From contig CM059433.1 of NCBI GenBank assembly GCA_030390025.1, forward strand, positions 2,418,001-2,482,000: 64,000 nucleotides of DNA, in the 5' to 3' direction. Position 1 is the stretch's first letter, and every line of letters begins with the position of its first letter. This document shows positions 48,808-60,770 of the stretch, one piece after another. Source of the DNA: Squalus acanthias. Its lineage: Eukaryota. Under the pieces are notes generated by a model. That model had not been told where the DNA came from and did no database searches. It worked only from the letters and a program-made list of their open reading frames with translations. Position numbers and translations under genes: made by a program.

Positions 48808-51744
48808 ATGCAGTCAGAAACAAATGTTAGAAGGGTGAGAAACAATAGGGGAAGGCCGAGTAAACAAAGGCAAGAAACACAAAGGGCCATACTAAATCAT
48901 AAGTCTAAAAGGACAAAGGATGTTAATAAAACAAGCCTAAAGGCTCTGTGTCTTAATGCAAGGAGTATCCGTAATAAGGTGGATGAATTGACTGTGCAAA
49001 TAGATGTTAACGGATACGATGTGATTGGGATTACAGAGACGTGGCTCCAGAACAATCAAGGCTGGGAACTGAACATCCAGGGGTATTCAACATTCAGAAA
49101 GGATAGAATAAAAGGAAAAGGGGGTGGGGTAGCATTGCTGGTTAAAGAGGAGATTAATGCAATAGCTAGGAAGGACATCAGCTTGGAGGATGTGGAATCA
49201 ATATGGGTTGAGCTGCAGAACACCAAAGGGCAGAAAACGTTAGTGGGAGTTGTGTACAGACCTCCAAACAGCAGTAGTGAGGTGGGGGAGGGTATGAAAC
49301 AGGAAATCAGAGGTGCGTGCAAAAAAGGCACGGCAGTTATTATGGGTGACTTTAATATGCATATAGATTGGGCTACTCAAACTGGAAGCAATACGGTGGA
49401 GGAGGATTTCCTGGAGTGTTTAAGGGATGGTTTCCTAAACCAATATGTTGAGGAACCAACTCGAGGGGAGGCCATCCTGGACTGGGTGTTGTGTAATGAG
49501 GAAGGACTAATCAGCAATCTTGTGGTACGAGGTCCCCTGGGGAAGAGTGACCATAGTATGGTGGAGTTCTACATTAGGATGGAGAAGGAAACAGTTAAGT
49601 CAGAGACCATGGTCCAGAACTTAAATAAGGGCAACTTTGAGGGTATGAGGCATGAATTGGCGAGGTTAAATTGGCAAGCGATATTTAAGGGGCTATCAGT
49701 GGAAGGGCAATGGCAGACATTTAGAGATCGCATGGATGAACTACAACAATTGTACATCCCGGTCTGGCGTAAAAATAAAAAAGGGAAGGTGGCTCAACCA
49801 TGGCTAACAAGGGAAATCAGGGATAGTATTAAAACCAAGGAAGTTGCATACAAATTGGCCAGAAGTAGCAGCAAACCCGGGGACTGGGAGAACTTCAAAA
49901 CTCAGCAGAGGAGGACGAAGGGTTTGATTAGGGCAGGGAAAATAAAATATGAAAGGAAGCTTGCAGAGAACATTAAAATGGACAGCAAAAGCTTCTATAA
50001 ATATGTAAAAAGAAAGAGGTTAGTAAAAACAAACGTAGGTCCCCTGCAGTCGGAAACAGGGGAAGTCGTAATGGGGAACAAGGAAATGGCAGATCAATTG
50101 AACAAGTACTTTGGTTCGGTGTTTACTGTGGAGGACACACACAACCTGCCGGAAATAAAAGGGGTCAGAGGATCTGGTAAGAGGGAGGAGCTGAGGGAAA
50201 TCCTTATTAGTCGGGAAAAGGTATTGGGAAAATTGATGGGACTGAAGGCTGAAAAATCCCCGGGGCCTGATGGTCTGCATCCCAGAGTACTTAAGGAGGT
50301 GGCCTTGGAAATAGTGGATGCATTGACGATCATTTTCCAACATTCCTTAGACTCTGGATCAGTTCCGATGGAGTGGAGGGTGGCCAATGTAACCCCTCTT
50401 TTTAAAAAAGGAGGGAGGGAGAAAGCAGGGAATTATAGACTGGTCAGCCTGACATCGGTTGTGGGTAAAATGATGGAAGCAATTATTAAAGATGTCATAA
50501 CAGACCATTTGGAAAGTGGCGACATGATAGGTTCAAGTCAGCATGGATTTGTGAAAGGGAAATCATGCTTGACAAATCTTCTGGAATTTTTTGAGGATGT
50601 TTCCAATAGGGTGGACAGGGGGGAACCAGTAGATGTGGTGTATTTGGACTTTCAGAAGGCCTTCGACAAGGTTCCACACAAGAGATTGGTGAGCAAAGTT
50701 AAAGCACATGGGATTGGGGGTAATGTGTTGACGTGGATTGAGAACTGGTTGGCACACAGGAAACAAAGAGTAGGAGTAAATGGGTACTTTTCAGAATGGC
50801 AGGCAGTGACCAGCGGGGTACCGCAGGGTTCGGTGCTGGGACCCCAGCTGTTTACATTATATATTAATGATTTGGAAGAAGGGATTAAATGTAATATCTC
50901 CAAATTTGCGGATGACACTAAATTGGGAGGCAGTGTGAACAATGAGGAGGATGCTAGGAGGCTACAGAGTGACTTGGACAGGTTGGGTGAATGGGCAAAT
51001 GTATGGCAGATGAAGTACAATGTGGATAAATGTGAGGTTATCCACTTTGGTGGTAAAAATAGAGAGGCGGACTATTACCTGAATGGTGGCAGATTAGGGA
51101 AAGGGGAGGTGCAACGAGACCTGGGCATCATGGTACATCAGTCATTGAAGGTGGGAATGCAAGTGCAGCAGGCAGTCAAGAAAGCAAACGGAATGATGGC
51201 CTTCATAGTAAGGGGATTTGAGTACAGGAGTAGGGAGGTGATGCTGCAGTTGTACAGGGCCTTGGTGAGGCCACACCTGGAGTATTGTGCGCAGTTTTGG
51301 TCTCCTAACTTAAGGAAGGACATTCTTGCTATTGAGGGAGTGCAGCGAAGGTTCACTAGATTGATTCCTGGGATGGCCGGACTGACATATCAAGAAAGAT
51401 TGGGTCAACTGAACTTGTATCCTCTGGAGTTCAGAAGAATGAGGGGGGATCTTATAGAGACATTTAAAATCCTGACTGGTTTAGACAAATTAGATGCGGG
51501 CAGAATGTTCCCAATGGTAGGGAAAACTAGAACCAGGGGTCACAGTCTAAGGATTAAGGGGAAGCCATTTAGGACTGAGCTGAGGAGGAACTTCTTCACC
51601 CAGAGAGTGGTGAATCTATGGAATTCTCTTCCACAGAAGGTTGTTGAGGCCAGTTCGCTAAATATATTCAAAAGGGAGTTAGATATAACACTCACAACTA
51701 AGGGGATCAAGGGGTATGGCGAGAAAGCAGGAATGGGGTACTGA
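48808..51744 (+). CDS. CR1 ORF2p: APE endonuclease plus reverse transcriptase
   Basis: LNARS, ITETW, GDFN, SDH; YLDFQKAFD, GVPQGSVLGP, FADD; 978 aa uninterrupted. Confidence 0.95.
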   Translation: MQSETNVRRVRNNRGRPSKQRQETQRAILNHKSKRTKDVNKTSLKALCLNARSIRNKVDELTVQIDVNGYDVIGITETWLQNNQGWELNIQGYSTFRKDRIKGKGGGVALLVKEEINAIARKDISLEDVESIWVELQNTKGQKTLVGVVYRPPNSSSEVGEGMKQEIRGACKKGTAVIMGDFNMHIDWATQTGSNTVEEDFLECLRDGFLNQYVEEPTRGEAILDWVLCNEEGLISNLVVRGPLGKSDHSMVEFYIRMEKETVKSETMVQNLNKGNFEGMRHELARLNWQAIFKGLSVEGQWQTFRDRMDELQQLYIPVWRKNKKGKVAQPWLTREIRDSIKTKEVAYKLARSSSKPGDWENFKTQQRRTKGLIRAGKIKYERKLAENIKMDSKSFYKYVKRKRLVKTNVGPLQSETGEVVMGNKEMADQLNKYFGSVFTVEDTHNLPEIKGVRGSGKREELREILISREKVLGKLMGLKAEKSPGPDGLHPRVLKEVALEIVDALTIIFQHSLDSGSVPMEWRVANVTPLFKKGGREKAGNYRLVSLTSVVGKMMEAIIKDVITDHLESGDMIGSSQHGFVKGKSCLTNLLEFFEDVSNRVDRGEPVDVVYLDFQKAFDKVPHKRLVSKVKAHGIGGNVLTWIENWLAHRKQRVGVNGYFSEWQAVTSGVPQGSVLGPQLFTLYINDLEEGIKCNISKFADDTKLGGSVNNEEDARRLQSDLDRLGEWANVWQMKYNVDKCEVIHFGGKNREADYYLNGGRLGKGEVQRDLGIMVHQSLKVGMQVQQAVKKANGMMAFIVRGFEYRSREVMLQLYRALVRPHLEYCAQFWSPNLRKDILAIEGVQRRFTRLIPGMAGLTYQERLGQLNLYPLEFRRMRGDLIETFKILTGLDKLDAGRMFPMVGKTRTRGHSLRIKGKPFRTELRRNFFTQRVVNLWNSLPQKVVEASSLNIFKRELDITLTTKGIKGYGEKAGMGY

Positions 51745-52271
51745 GGTAGCATGTTCAGCCATGAACGCATTGAATGGCGGTGCAGGCTCGAAGGACCGAA
51801 TGGTCTACTCCTGTACCTATGTTTCTATGTTTCTATGAATGACTAATGGTATGCTATGATCAACACACCATCAATAATAAACAATTTACTTGCATTCAGA
51901 TTGTAATGATTTGGAGATTTATATCTCTTTATTTGTGACTTTAGGTAGGGAGGGTAAATATGATTTAAAATTTGTTTTCAGTTAGCTGTGACTGAAAAGA
52001 AAATTAACAGGAAATACTGCCACTCCATGAACATCCTAATGGTTGATGACCTCAGGCAAATGATTTTACATTCGAAAGCACATTCTCTGTCGAGCGCTCC
52101 TCTATTTGTCTCTCAGTCAGGGGGATGGCCAATATATGAAACTGAACCAGAATTAAAATTGAAGCTGACTTTCTTGCTCAGCTTCAAGGTGAAGAACTGA
52201 AGATGAACGAGCGACGAGACCGGGTCAGGTTGTGTCATTTGTATATTAGTCAAGATGCCGATGCTTTGTTC

Positions 52272-52376
52272 AAAGCAAAAATACTGCGGATGCTGGAAAT
52301 CTGAAATAAGAACAGAGAATGCTGGAAACACTCAGCAGGTCAGGCAGCATCTGTAGAGAGAGAAACGGGGTTAACG
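52272..52376 (-). mobile_element. Probable terminal fragment of a second Penelope-like family
   Basis: CAGATGCTGCCTGACCTGCTGAG...TTCCAGCATCCGCAGTATTTT on -; recognised from memory of vertebrate PLE ends only. Confidence 0.5.
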
Positions 52377-52649
52377 GCCTCGATTGTAACCCCCCCATGA
52401 TGGTGGGGGTAGTGCGGGGTGGGGGCTGGTTAAAAATTTAAAACCGTGTTCCCAATCTGCTGCGTACCGGCTCTTTGCCATTTTTACAGTGGCGGGTTTT
52501 GTGTTGTGCAAGTCTCCCACCTGGATACTTCATTAACATATTTTAATCAGGCTCCCACAATTCAATTGGGAGCCTGATTTAAATTTACCTGCTGCAGGAC
52601 TCGGGGAATTTGGCAAAACCTCCACTTCATTTCACTTCATTTCACTTCT

Positions 52650-53600
52650 TCCCTTCTCACAGCAATGAGACTGACCTGGACAAAGTTGTGACTTTGACTC
52701 TGTCTTTCTTGATCTCTCACAGTATTTGACATGGCTGACCATGGCGTCCTCCTACATGGCCCCTCCTTCATTGTCCACTTGCATGGAACTGCCCTCATGT
52801 GGTTACACTTACACCTATCTGAATGCAGCCAGTGCATCTCGAGAAATATCTTCTCTTCCCGTTCCCTCAAAAGCAACTTCCCCAAAGATCTATCCTTCGC
52901 CACCTCTTCTTCATCTACATGCTGTTTCCTAGTAATGTCATCTGCAGACGCAGGGTCAACTTCCAGATGTGTGCTGATGACACCAGAGCTATCTTTCCAC
53001 CAATTGCCTCAACCTCACAACAACCTCCATACTGTTAGACTGCCTGTCTAATATTAAGCCATGATGAGTCAGAACTTCCTCCAGCTTAACACTGGGAACT
53101 CCAAAGCTACTGTTTTTGTCCCCCTACCATGAATTCCATTCTGTTGTCACTGAGTTCATCCCCCTCTTCAGCTATTTATTCAGGCTAAATTATATTGTAT
53201 GGAATAATGTGTCGTTAAACTTCAAACGCCACACCTTATCAATTACCACAACTGTTTATTTCCACATACACCACATTGCCTATGTCCACCCACACCTCAG
53301 CCCCTCGGCTGCTGTGACTCAATTACCTCTAAACTTGTTTTCTCCAAAGTCTATCTTGTTGGCTTCCCATTCCCCACTCTCTATAAACCCCAACTTGTCC
53401 GAAACTTAGTCACTCACTTCCTGTCCTGCACTAAGTCCCAGTTGCCTATCACCTCTGTCTTCGCTGACCCACACTTGCTCCCTGCCTTCCAGTGCATTAA
53501 ATTTCAAAACTCTCAACCTCTCCTTCGAATCCCTCCAGGGGTTTGCCAATCCGACCCTTTATCCTTCAGTCCTCCAACTCTAGCCTTTTATGCATCCACC
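52650..53600 (+). mobile_element. Old, decayed L2 RT fragment
   Basis: VFDMADHGVLL, FQMCADDT, PITSVFADPHLLP resemble the L2 at 13343-15445. Confidence 0.7.
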
Positions 53601-53867
53601 TCCCACCCCCCCCCCCCTCGACTGTTTACCAAAAGTCTTTAAGATAATAATACAGCTTCAAGGGCCTTTGTGCATAAGCACCAAACAAAACCGGTAGTCA
53701 AATCGATAGCCTGCTTTACAGCTAAGGGACATTTAGCAGGGAAAATCATCAACTGGTTGTGCTGTTTCAATAATCTGCACGGTTGCCTCAGGAAACTCTG
53801 CCCTGCACAGTATGTTTTCCTGCTCCATGAACATGAAAATACATCACTCCTCAGCCAGATGGTTTCA

Positions 53868-54853
53868 CTCAGGGCAGTATCCTAGGCCCAACCATCTTCA
53901 GCTGCTTCATCAATAACCTTCCCTCCATCATAAGGTCAGAAGTGGGGATGTTCGCTGATGACTGCACAGTGTTCAGTGCCATTTGCAACTCCTCAGATAA
54001 TGAAGTAGTCCATGCCCGCATGCAGCAAGACCTGGACGACATTCAGGCTTGGGCTGATAAGTGGCAGGTAACATTCGCGCCACACAAGTGCCAGGCAATG
54101 ACTATCTCCAACAAGTGAGAGTCTAACCACCTCCCCTTGACATTCAACAGCATTACCATCGCCGAATCCCCCACCATCAACATCCTGGGGGTCACCATTG
54201 ACCAGAAACTTAACTGGACCAGCCACATAAATACTGTGGCAAAAAGAGCAGGTCAGAGGCTAGGTATTCTGCGGCGAGTGTCTCACCTCCTGACTCCCCA
54301 AAGCCTTTCCACCATCTACAAGGCACAAGTCAGGAGTGTGATGGAATACTCTCCACTTGCCTGGATGAGTGCAGCTCCAACAACACTCAAGAAGCTCGAC
54401 ACTATCCAGGGCAAAGCAGCCCGCTTGATTGGCACCCCATCCATCACCTTAAACATTCACTCCCTCCACCACCGGCGCACCGTGGCTGCAGTGTGTACCA
54501 TCGACAAGATGCACTGCAGCAACTCACCAAGGCTTCTTCGGCAGCAGCTCCCAAACCCGCAACCTCTTCCACCTAGAAGGACAAGGGCAGCAGGCGCATG
54601 GGAACACCACCACCTCCAAGTTCCCCTCCAAGTCACACACCATACTGACTTAGAAGTATATCGCCGATCCTTCATCGTCGCTGGGTCAAAATCCTGGAAC
54701 TCCCTCCCTAACAGCCCTGTGGGAGCACCTTCACCACACGGACTACAGTGGTTCAAGAAGGCGGCTCACCACCACCTTCTCCAGGGCAATTAGGGATGGG
54801 CAATAAATGCTGGCTTTGCCAGCGATGCCCACATCCCATAAGCGAATAAAAAA
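53868..54853 (+). mobile_element. Zenon-like CR1-group LINE, 5'-truncated
   Basis: Near-identical to 43372-44357. Confidence 0.9.
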
Positions 54854-55358
54854 TACTTCATGCTGTTTATTCCTGTTAGGTGGTGGCTTGGCCAGCGATG
54901 GGAGTGACAATGTACCATTGTTGCAAGTCAGTTCTGATTGGCTACTTAGTTGTATGTGTGTTGCTTATAACACACTCAATCTCTCAAAAAAGACACAGAG
55001 AATTTTTTGTCAGGCATCTACTCTCATGTAACATTCTCAGTGCAGTAAGAGCAATTCCTCTTTCCTTTCCACATCATCGTAGGAGAAAAGAAGAGGAAAT
55101 TAGGAGGAGTAAAACTGGTCACCATTTGAGAAATGTTGTAGTTACTGATTATGTGATGAGAATCATCAGATGTGAACTAAAAGCATCAAAGTTTTTAGAA
55201 ACTATGGTGAAATTAATAGCAACTGAGAACATACTTCAGGATACTTGCTGCCAAACACTTTTAATTCAATAACCAGTGAAATTTTAATTGAAAAAAATCA
55301 ATGCCAATTTTGCAAAGCAAATTAAGCAGTAGCAAGTGAAGATTGAAGTTTAATTATA

Positions 55359-55725
55359 TTTTTTAATTTGTTCACAGGATGTGGGACGTCGCTGTCAAGG
55401 CCAGCATTTATTGCCTATCCTGGTCATTCAGAGGGCTATTAAGAGTCAGCCACATTGCTGTGGGTCTGGAGTCACGCATAGGCCGGGTAAGGATGGCAGA
55501 TTTCCTTCCCTGAAGGACATTAGTGAACCAGATGGGTTTTTAACAACAGTCTGGTAGTTTCATGTTGACCATTATTGATATTAGCTTTTTTATTCCAGAT
55601 TTATTTAATTAACTGAATTTAAATTCCCCAGCCGCCGTGGTGTGTTTAAACTCTTGCCCCGAGATTATTAGTTTAAGGCCTCTGGATTACTCGCCCAGTA
55701 ACAGTCCCACTATGCTACCGTTCCC
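55359..55725 (-). mobile_element. Bipartite SINE-like element: tRNA-like head/5' region plus 3' tail of the Zenon-like LINE
   Basis: 55440-55725 is the reverse complement of 41153-41445; 55359-55421 is the reverse complement of 44295-44357. Confidence 0.85.
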
Positions 55726-56455
55726 GGTGATATTACTTCATGTTAGAATCTTTTATTTTTTAAGGACTTCCTACCCTTTGCTTTGACCTGTATACAAATA
55801 AATTATTTGGCGCTATATTTTCCACATTATTTAAAAAGGGTAAATAATCCTTTTTTTAATATGGGTTTCACTGCCTTCAATCAAAATGGTGGATACACGT
55901 GCTACGTGGCAAAAATCAGGTGGTCACAACACACTTGTAACAACGACTCTTTAACACTTCTCAAGCATGTAATGAGCCACATAACCAGTACAAATTATGA
56001 AAAGTTCTTTGTGCTCGTACATTGTAAGGCTACAGGCTAAAGGGAGAAGACCTAAAGAGGAAAAATCATGGTCCTGCAAAGCTTCACAAACAAAACCGAG
56101 TGATTTTATTTTGTGAAACTTTCACTTCGGATCCAGTAATCAACACTTAAAATTGACTTCTGGGGCGGATAGTGGAGATAAAATCCCTGAAGAACTTTAA
56201 GAAACAGTTAGATACTGTGATGGGGGAATTGTAGGTTTTACTAAATCATAGGTTTTCTAACAGGTGTGTCTGGGCCCAAAGGATCCCAAAAGCAACCAAT
56301 TTTTTTTTAATGCCTGGCATCAGGATTCTGTATTTCTCTTTATTTGTTGATTTACTGGTATCTTATTTCCTTATTCAACCCAGTTCTTCCTATTGCAGGT
56401 CTCTATGTGAATAGGCTTAGCTGCCCCAGATTTAATAAAGTCTAGGCTACACACT

Positions 56456-57060
56456 TTGTACAGGGCCTTGGTGAGACCACACCTTGAGTATTGTGTGCAG
56501 TTTTGGTCGCCTTATCTGAGGAAGGATGTTCTTGCCATGGAGGGAGTTCAGCGAAGATTCACAAGGCTGATACCTGGGATGGCAGGAATGACGTATGAGG
56601 AGAGATTGGGTCGATTGGGCTTATACTCGCTGGAGTATAGAAGAATGAGAGGGGATCTCATCGAAACATATAAAATTCTGACAGGTCTGGACAAACTAGA
56701 TGCAGGAAGAATGTTCCCGATGGTCGGAGAGTCCAGAACCAGGGGTCATAATCTAAGGATAAGGGGTAAGCCATTTAGGACAGAAATGAGGAGGAATTTC
56801 TTCACCCAGAGAGTGGTGAACCTGTGGAATTCTCTACCACAGAAGGTAGTTGAGGCCAAGTCATTAAATATATTCAAGAATGAGTTAGATATATTTCTTA
56901 AAGCTAAAGGTATCAAGGGATATGGGGAGAAGGCAGGGACAGGGTACTGAGTTTGGATGATCAGCCATGATCTCATCGAATGGCGGAGCAGGCTCGAGGG
57001 GCCGAATGGCCTACTCCTGCTCCTATCTTCTATGTTTCTATGTTTCGATGTTTCTATGTT
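56456..57060 (+). mobile_element. CR1 3' fragment
   Basis: YRALVRPHLEYCVQFW...GYGEKAGTGY*; (TATGTTTC)n tail. Confidence 0.92.
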
Positions 57061-57416
57061 CCAGAATGAAAACACACGAGCATCGCACAAGCATAACACA
57101 TTGAATGTGTTCCAGTTATGCTAACTCACAAAGCTCTTCACAAAGTCTTTAATCATTAACTTGGGCAATTAGAACTCACAGCTATAATTATCTTGAGGAT
57201 TCTGCAACTGAAGGACATAAGTAATCAGCTCATAACAGAGCAGTTATTTATATTTTACCACCTCAACCAAACATTACACAACAGCTTGTTGCAATATCAA
57301 AATATATTACAGAACCCCTGATACATAGCAATTCTGAAAGGGTGGGCGAATAATTTGCTGACGCTTCAGCACATTCTGAAATATTTTAATATATACTTTG
57401 GAGGAAGAAAAATATT

Positions 57417-58186
57417 GGCCCAGATTTTGCGGTGGGTAATGACGGCGAACTGTCAGCGTTCACTGTCGTTACCCCTCTGAAACTGACCGCAACTTCGGGA
57501 TGCAGCGCATGCGCATCTAAACGTGGAAATCCTGAAGTTGCGGGTCAGTCATTCACTGCTCCGACACCGGCTGTGCTGTGGACCCCCCCCATAGCCGGCA
57601 ATCAGTGTAATCAGTGAAACCAGTGGAACTGATGAAAACTTGGGGTTTTCTGTGCTAATATCGCTGTTAAGTACCCCATTAAATCTTAAGCTTTGTTGGA
57701 ATAGGTGTTACTGGGGTTTTAGCAGCCTATTAATGTCCAACCAAACGTTCTGGCCCTGAAAAACTAATTTTTATATTCGTGGAGTGTCAAATTTCTCCAT
57801 TACGATAAAAATTACAATTTTTTTAAAGCTTGAAAAAATATTTTTTAATGTTTGTTCATGATATTTCAACTTTTACCTTATCCCCACGTGAAAGTCCCAA
57901 TCTTTATTTCGCTCTCTGTAACATTTTCAAAAAGTGCGGATGAAAGCTGCTTTCCATTTCCTGGTTTGCTGTCTGTGAGAATTCTTTAATGAGATTGGCT
58001 GCTTAGACAGCTTGTTGATGTCATTGGAGCTCTTTGCTGGGAATTCCCATTATAGAGCGCTACAAACAATTGCCTGTCGAGGAAGGCAAACTTCTCGCTA
58101 CAGAGATTGTGAGATTTTTGTGGGCAGCTTTCTTCGAGGCCAGCGGCGAGCACCTTCGCTTCACCGCTGACTGCAAATTACGGGCC
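57417..58186. mobile_element. Harbinger-type MITE
   Basis: Imperfect TIRs GGCCCAGATTTTGCGGT / ACTGCAAATTACGGGCC; flanks ATT/CTT. Confidence 0.7.
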
Positions 58187-58591
58187 CTTATTTAGGGTTT
58201 GCGTGATGTCAGTATCTATGAAAGTATCTTGAAGGAGTCAATTTTTATTTCAATAAGCATAAGCCCTGAATTCTTCCACATACTGCTAAAATCCCTTTGC
58301 ACAATGAGGTTTGAAATGACAGCTGCCAAAATGACATTAGACAGAAAATACATAACTTTTGTCATGTACACCTTAACTTATTTGAAAAGCTTAGTTCTGC
58401 CAGTCCACTTCACACTAATATAAACAGTTAACTTTCTTTATATTGGGACTGATCCAGTCTCAGAATTCATGTTCTATATTCCAGCTTTAGGCAAGTTACA
58501 CATCCTTGTATATAGATATGCAGTACACTTACTGCTGTCTGCATCTTGTTTACGATGTGGTAAATCCAGCATTGAGGTAGTCCTGCATTAT

Positions 58592-59442
58592 GGGGCTGGA
58601 TTTTGCCAATGGGGAGCTTTTGGAGGCGGGACTCCCACTTGTCGGGTTTTAGTCCCGCCTCCATCGACTTCTGACCAACCCACGCTATTTTCCCTTGATT
58701 AACCTTGTTAAGCCCACCCAGCGGGTTTAGCAGGCCAATTAAGGGAGAGCCGGTGACAGAGAACCTCAGCGTATGACGTTTCATCTGTCAAAAATTTTTG
58801 AATTGTCATCGTTTGACAGCTCTGTGAAGCTGTCAAACACTGACATTCTCTATTGTTTGGTGAGTTCTTGTATTCAAGGCTCATCAAACTTCTTTTGTGA
58901 GCAGAAATCAGATGGCTGTTGCATCGGAGAATGTATCGGAGAATGCAGCAGCCATCTGTCATCTCTGCCGGTGAGATGCGAGAGTCTCTGCATCCCAAAC
59001 TGTTGAAGCCTGCAGGAAGAAACAAAGGTAAGTAAACATTTTCTATCACTTTCCACTCACCTCACATACTCTCCTCTCCACACTTGCACCCATCACTTAC
59101 CTCCACAGTGCACTTTTGCACCCCTCCGACCCCCGCAGACCCACTGCTCGCCTCGGTGACCCTGTCGGGGTTTCCCGACATCGAGAAGCTCGTGCCTCTG
59201 GTGGACAAATGGGGATAATCCTCTTAACTGCCTGTTAACTACCTGTTAACAGGTAGTTAAGTGGCTGTAATCCCCTTCCCACCTCCAGGAGACGGGACCC
59301 GGCGTGGGTCGGCTACCCGCCTCCCGGGGAGATGGCACGGAGGCGGGTTGGGGGCGGGATGGGTACCCGCCCCCAGATTCTGCCATTTTCCCGGCAGTCC
59401 CGCCTCCAAACCCGCCTTCCCAGGGCTGGCGAGATCGCCCCC
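58592..59442. mobile_element. Harbinger-type MITE family A
   Basis: Collinear with 17047-17877; degenerate TIRs. Confidence 0.85.
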
Positions 59443-60379
59443 TAGGTATTTACGTACACTTACAGCTCCACAATCCTGGTTTATACGGATTTTCCTGAAA
59501 AGTTACTGCTGTTTTTCTTCATATGTGTTTCCAATTTTTACCAGAATTATTTATATATATGTATTTGTAATTACTAGATAAAGTCCCATTTTATTTCATT
59601 CATGAACTAAAAATCCTGCTCGCAGCCTCAGTTAAGTGAATGAGGATGGGGTTGAGACCTTGTATAAACGTGTATACGAACCAAAAGACTACTAGCACAT
59701 GCTTTGTAAAGTGAATTACATGTAATTACTTGTAAGTATTTGCAATTACATGTAATTGTCTGTAATTGCATACTGTTTTTGCTAACTTAAATAGATTTTT
59801 TCCTTGATTTCCACTAAACTTCCATGTTTTACATTTTTGCTGACTTTTACATGTTCTTGAAAAGTCAGGAATAATTACTGAAAAATCCCAGGGAACTTTT
59901 TTGAGAAATAAAAACTGAAAAAACACAGAGCAGCACTAAACACTATAATCACCACTGATGAGCAGTTTGTCATGCTAATATCAGCTTATTGTGCAGTTTG
60001 CGAGGGTTACGAGTCCTGAGTGTGCTGTGTGACGTGTGCCAATTCTGTAGAAATTATGGTCTAATTCTGGTATGAAAATAACAGTGTAGAATATGATACC
60101 TCAACTTTAAGTATTGTAATTTATATCTCAAACACCATAACAAAAGGAAGCCGACAAAGAGAAGCAGCAACTATTGTAACTCAACCTATTACCAAATAAA
60201 ACTGCAACAGTGAAAAGATCATGGTCACAGTTGTGACATTGCATGACAAGCCACTAATGAAACAAACAAGTGATTCAGTATTAATTCTCAGGGTTCTATT
60301 GCCCTGCTGAAGGTTCAAATCAACCCCTCCAAGAAGGTCTGAAGTGAGTCAACGTCAATACTGAGATAAAAGACACTTT

Positions 60380-60770
60380 AAATACGGAGCCTCCTCATGT
60401 CATGATGCTTTTGTATTTTGTTAGTCCATTGTCTTCATTCTATTTCAACAGCAGAGGCAAGGGGCAGAATGCCAGCTGGATGACAAGGGATGCCCCTACT
60501 CCCGTGGCTCATGATGCCTCTTTGTAGGATCACATGTGCTGCAGAGGACTGCTACACTGATGCACACGTGAAGACCAGGATAAAAACTGTGCAAATAATT
60601 GGGATGCTCGAAGGAAGATTCTGGTGTTTGGATAGGTCTGTAGAGAGCCTGATAATGACCCTGCTGATGCTATAGACCTGGCCCATGAAGAACAGGAAGC
60701 AGGTGCAGTGGCAACTGCTGCAAGACAGCTGAGAGACAGACTCATTCAGCACACTTTCGCAGATGAATGA
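60380..60770 (+). pseudogene. Old Harbinger transposase C-terminal remnant
   Basis: LDDKGCP (GDKGYP-like) and YTDAHVKTRIKTVQIIGMLEGRFWCLDRS. Confidence 0.7.

Larger units (their letters stand above)
47550..51838 (+). mobile_element. Apparently full-length CR1 LINE
   Basis: 5' UTR, open ORF1 and ORF2, 3' UTR with GAATGGTCTACTCC motif and (TATGTTTC)n tail; 5' boundary approximate, no convincing TSD. Confidence 0.93.

Noticed and set aside
49056..51770. Several minus-strand ORFs over the CR1
   Set aside because: Antisense shadows of ORF2 with no independent signal.
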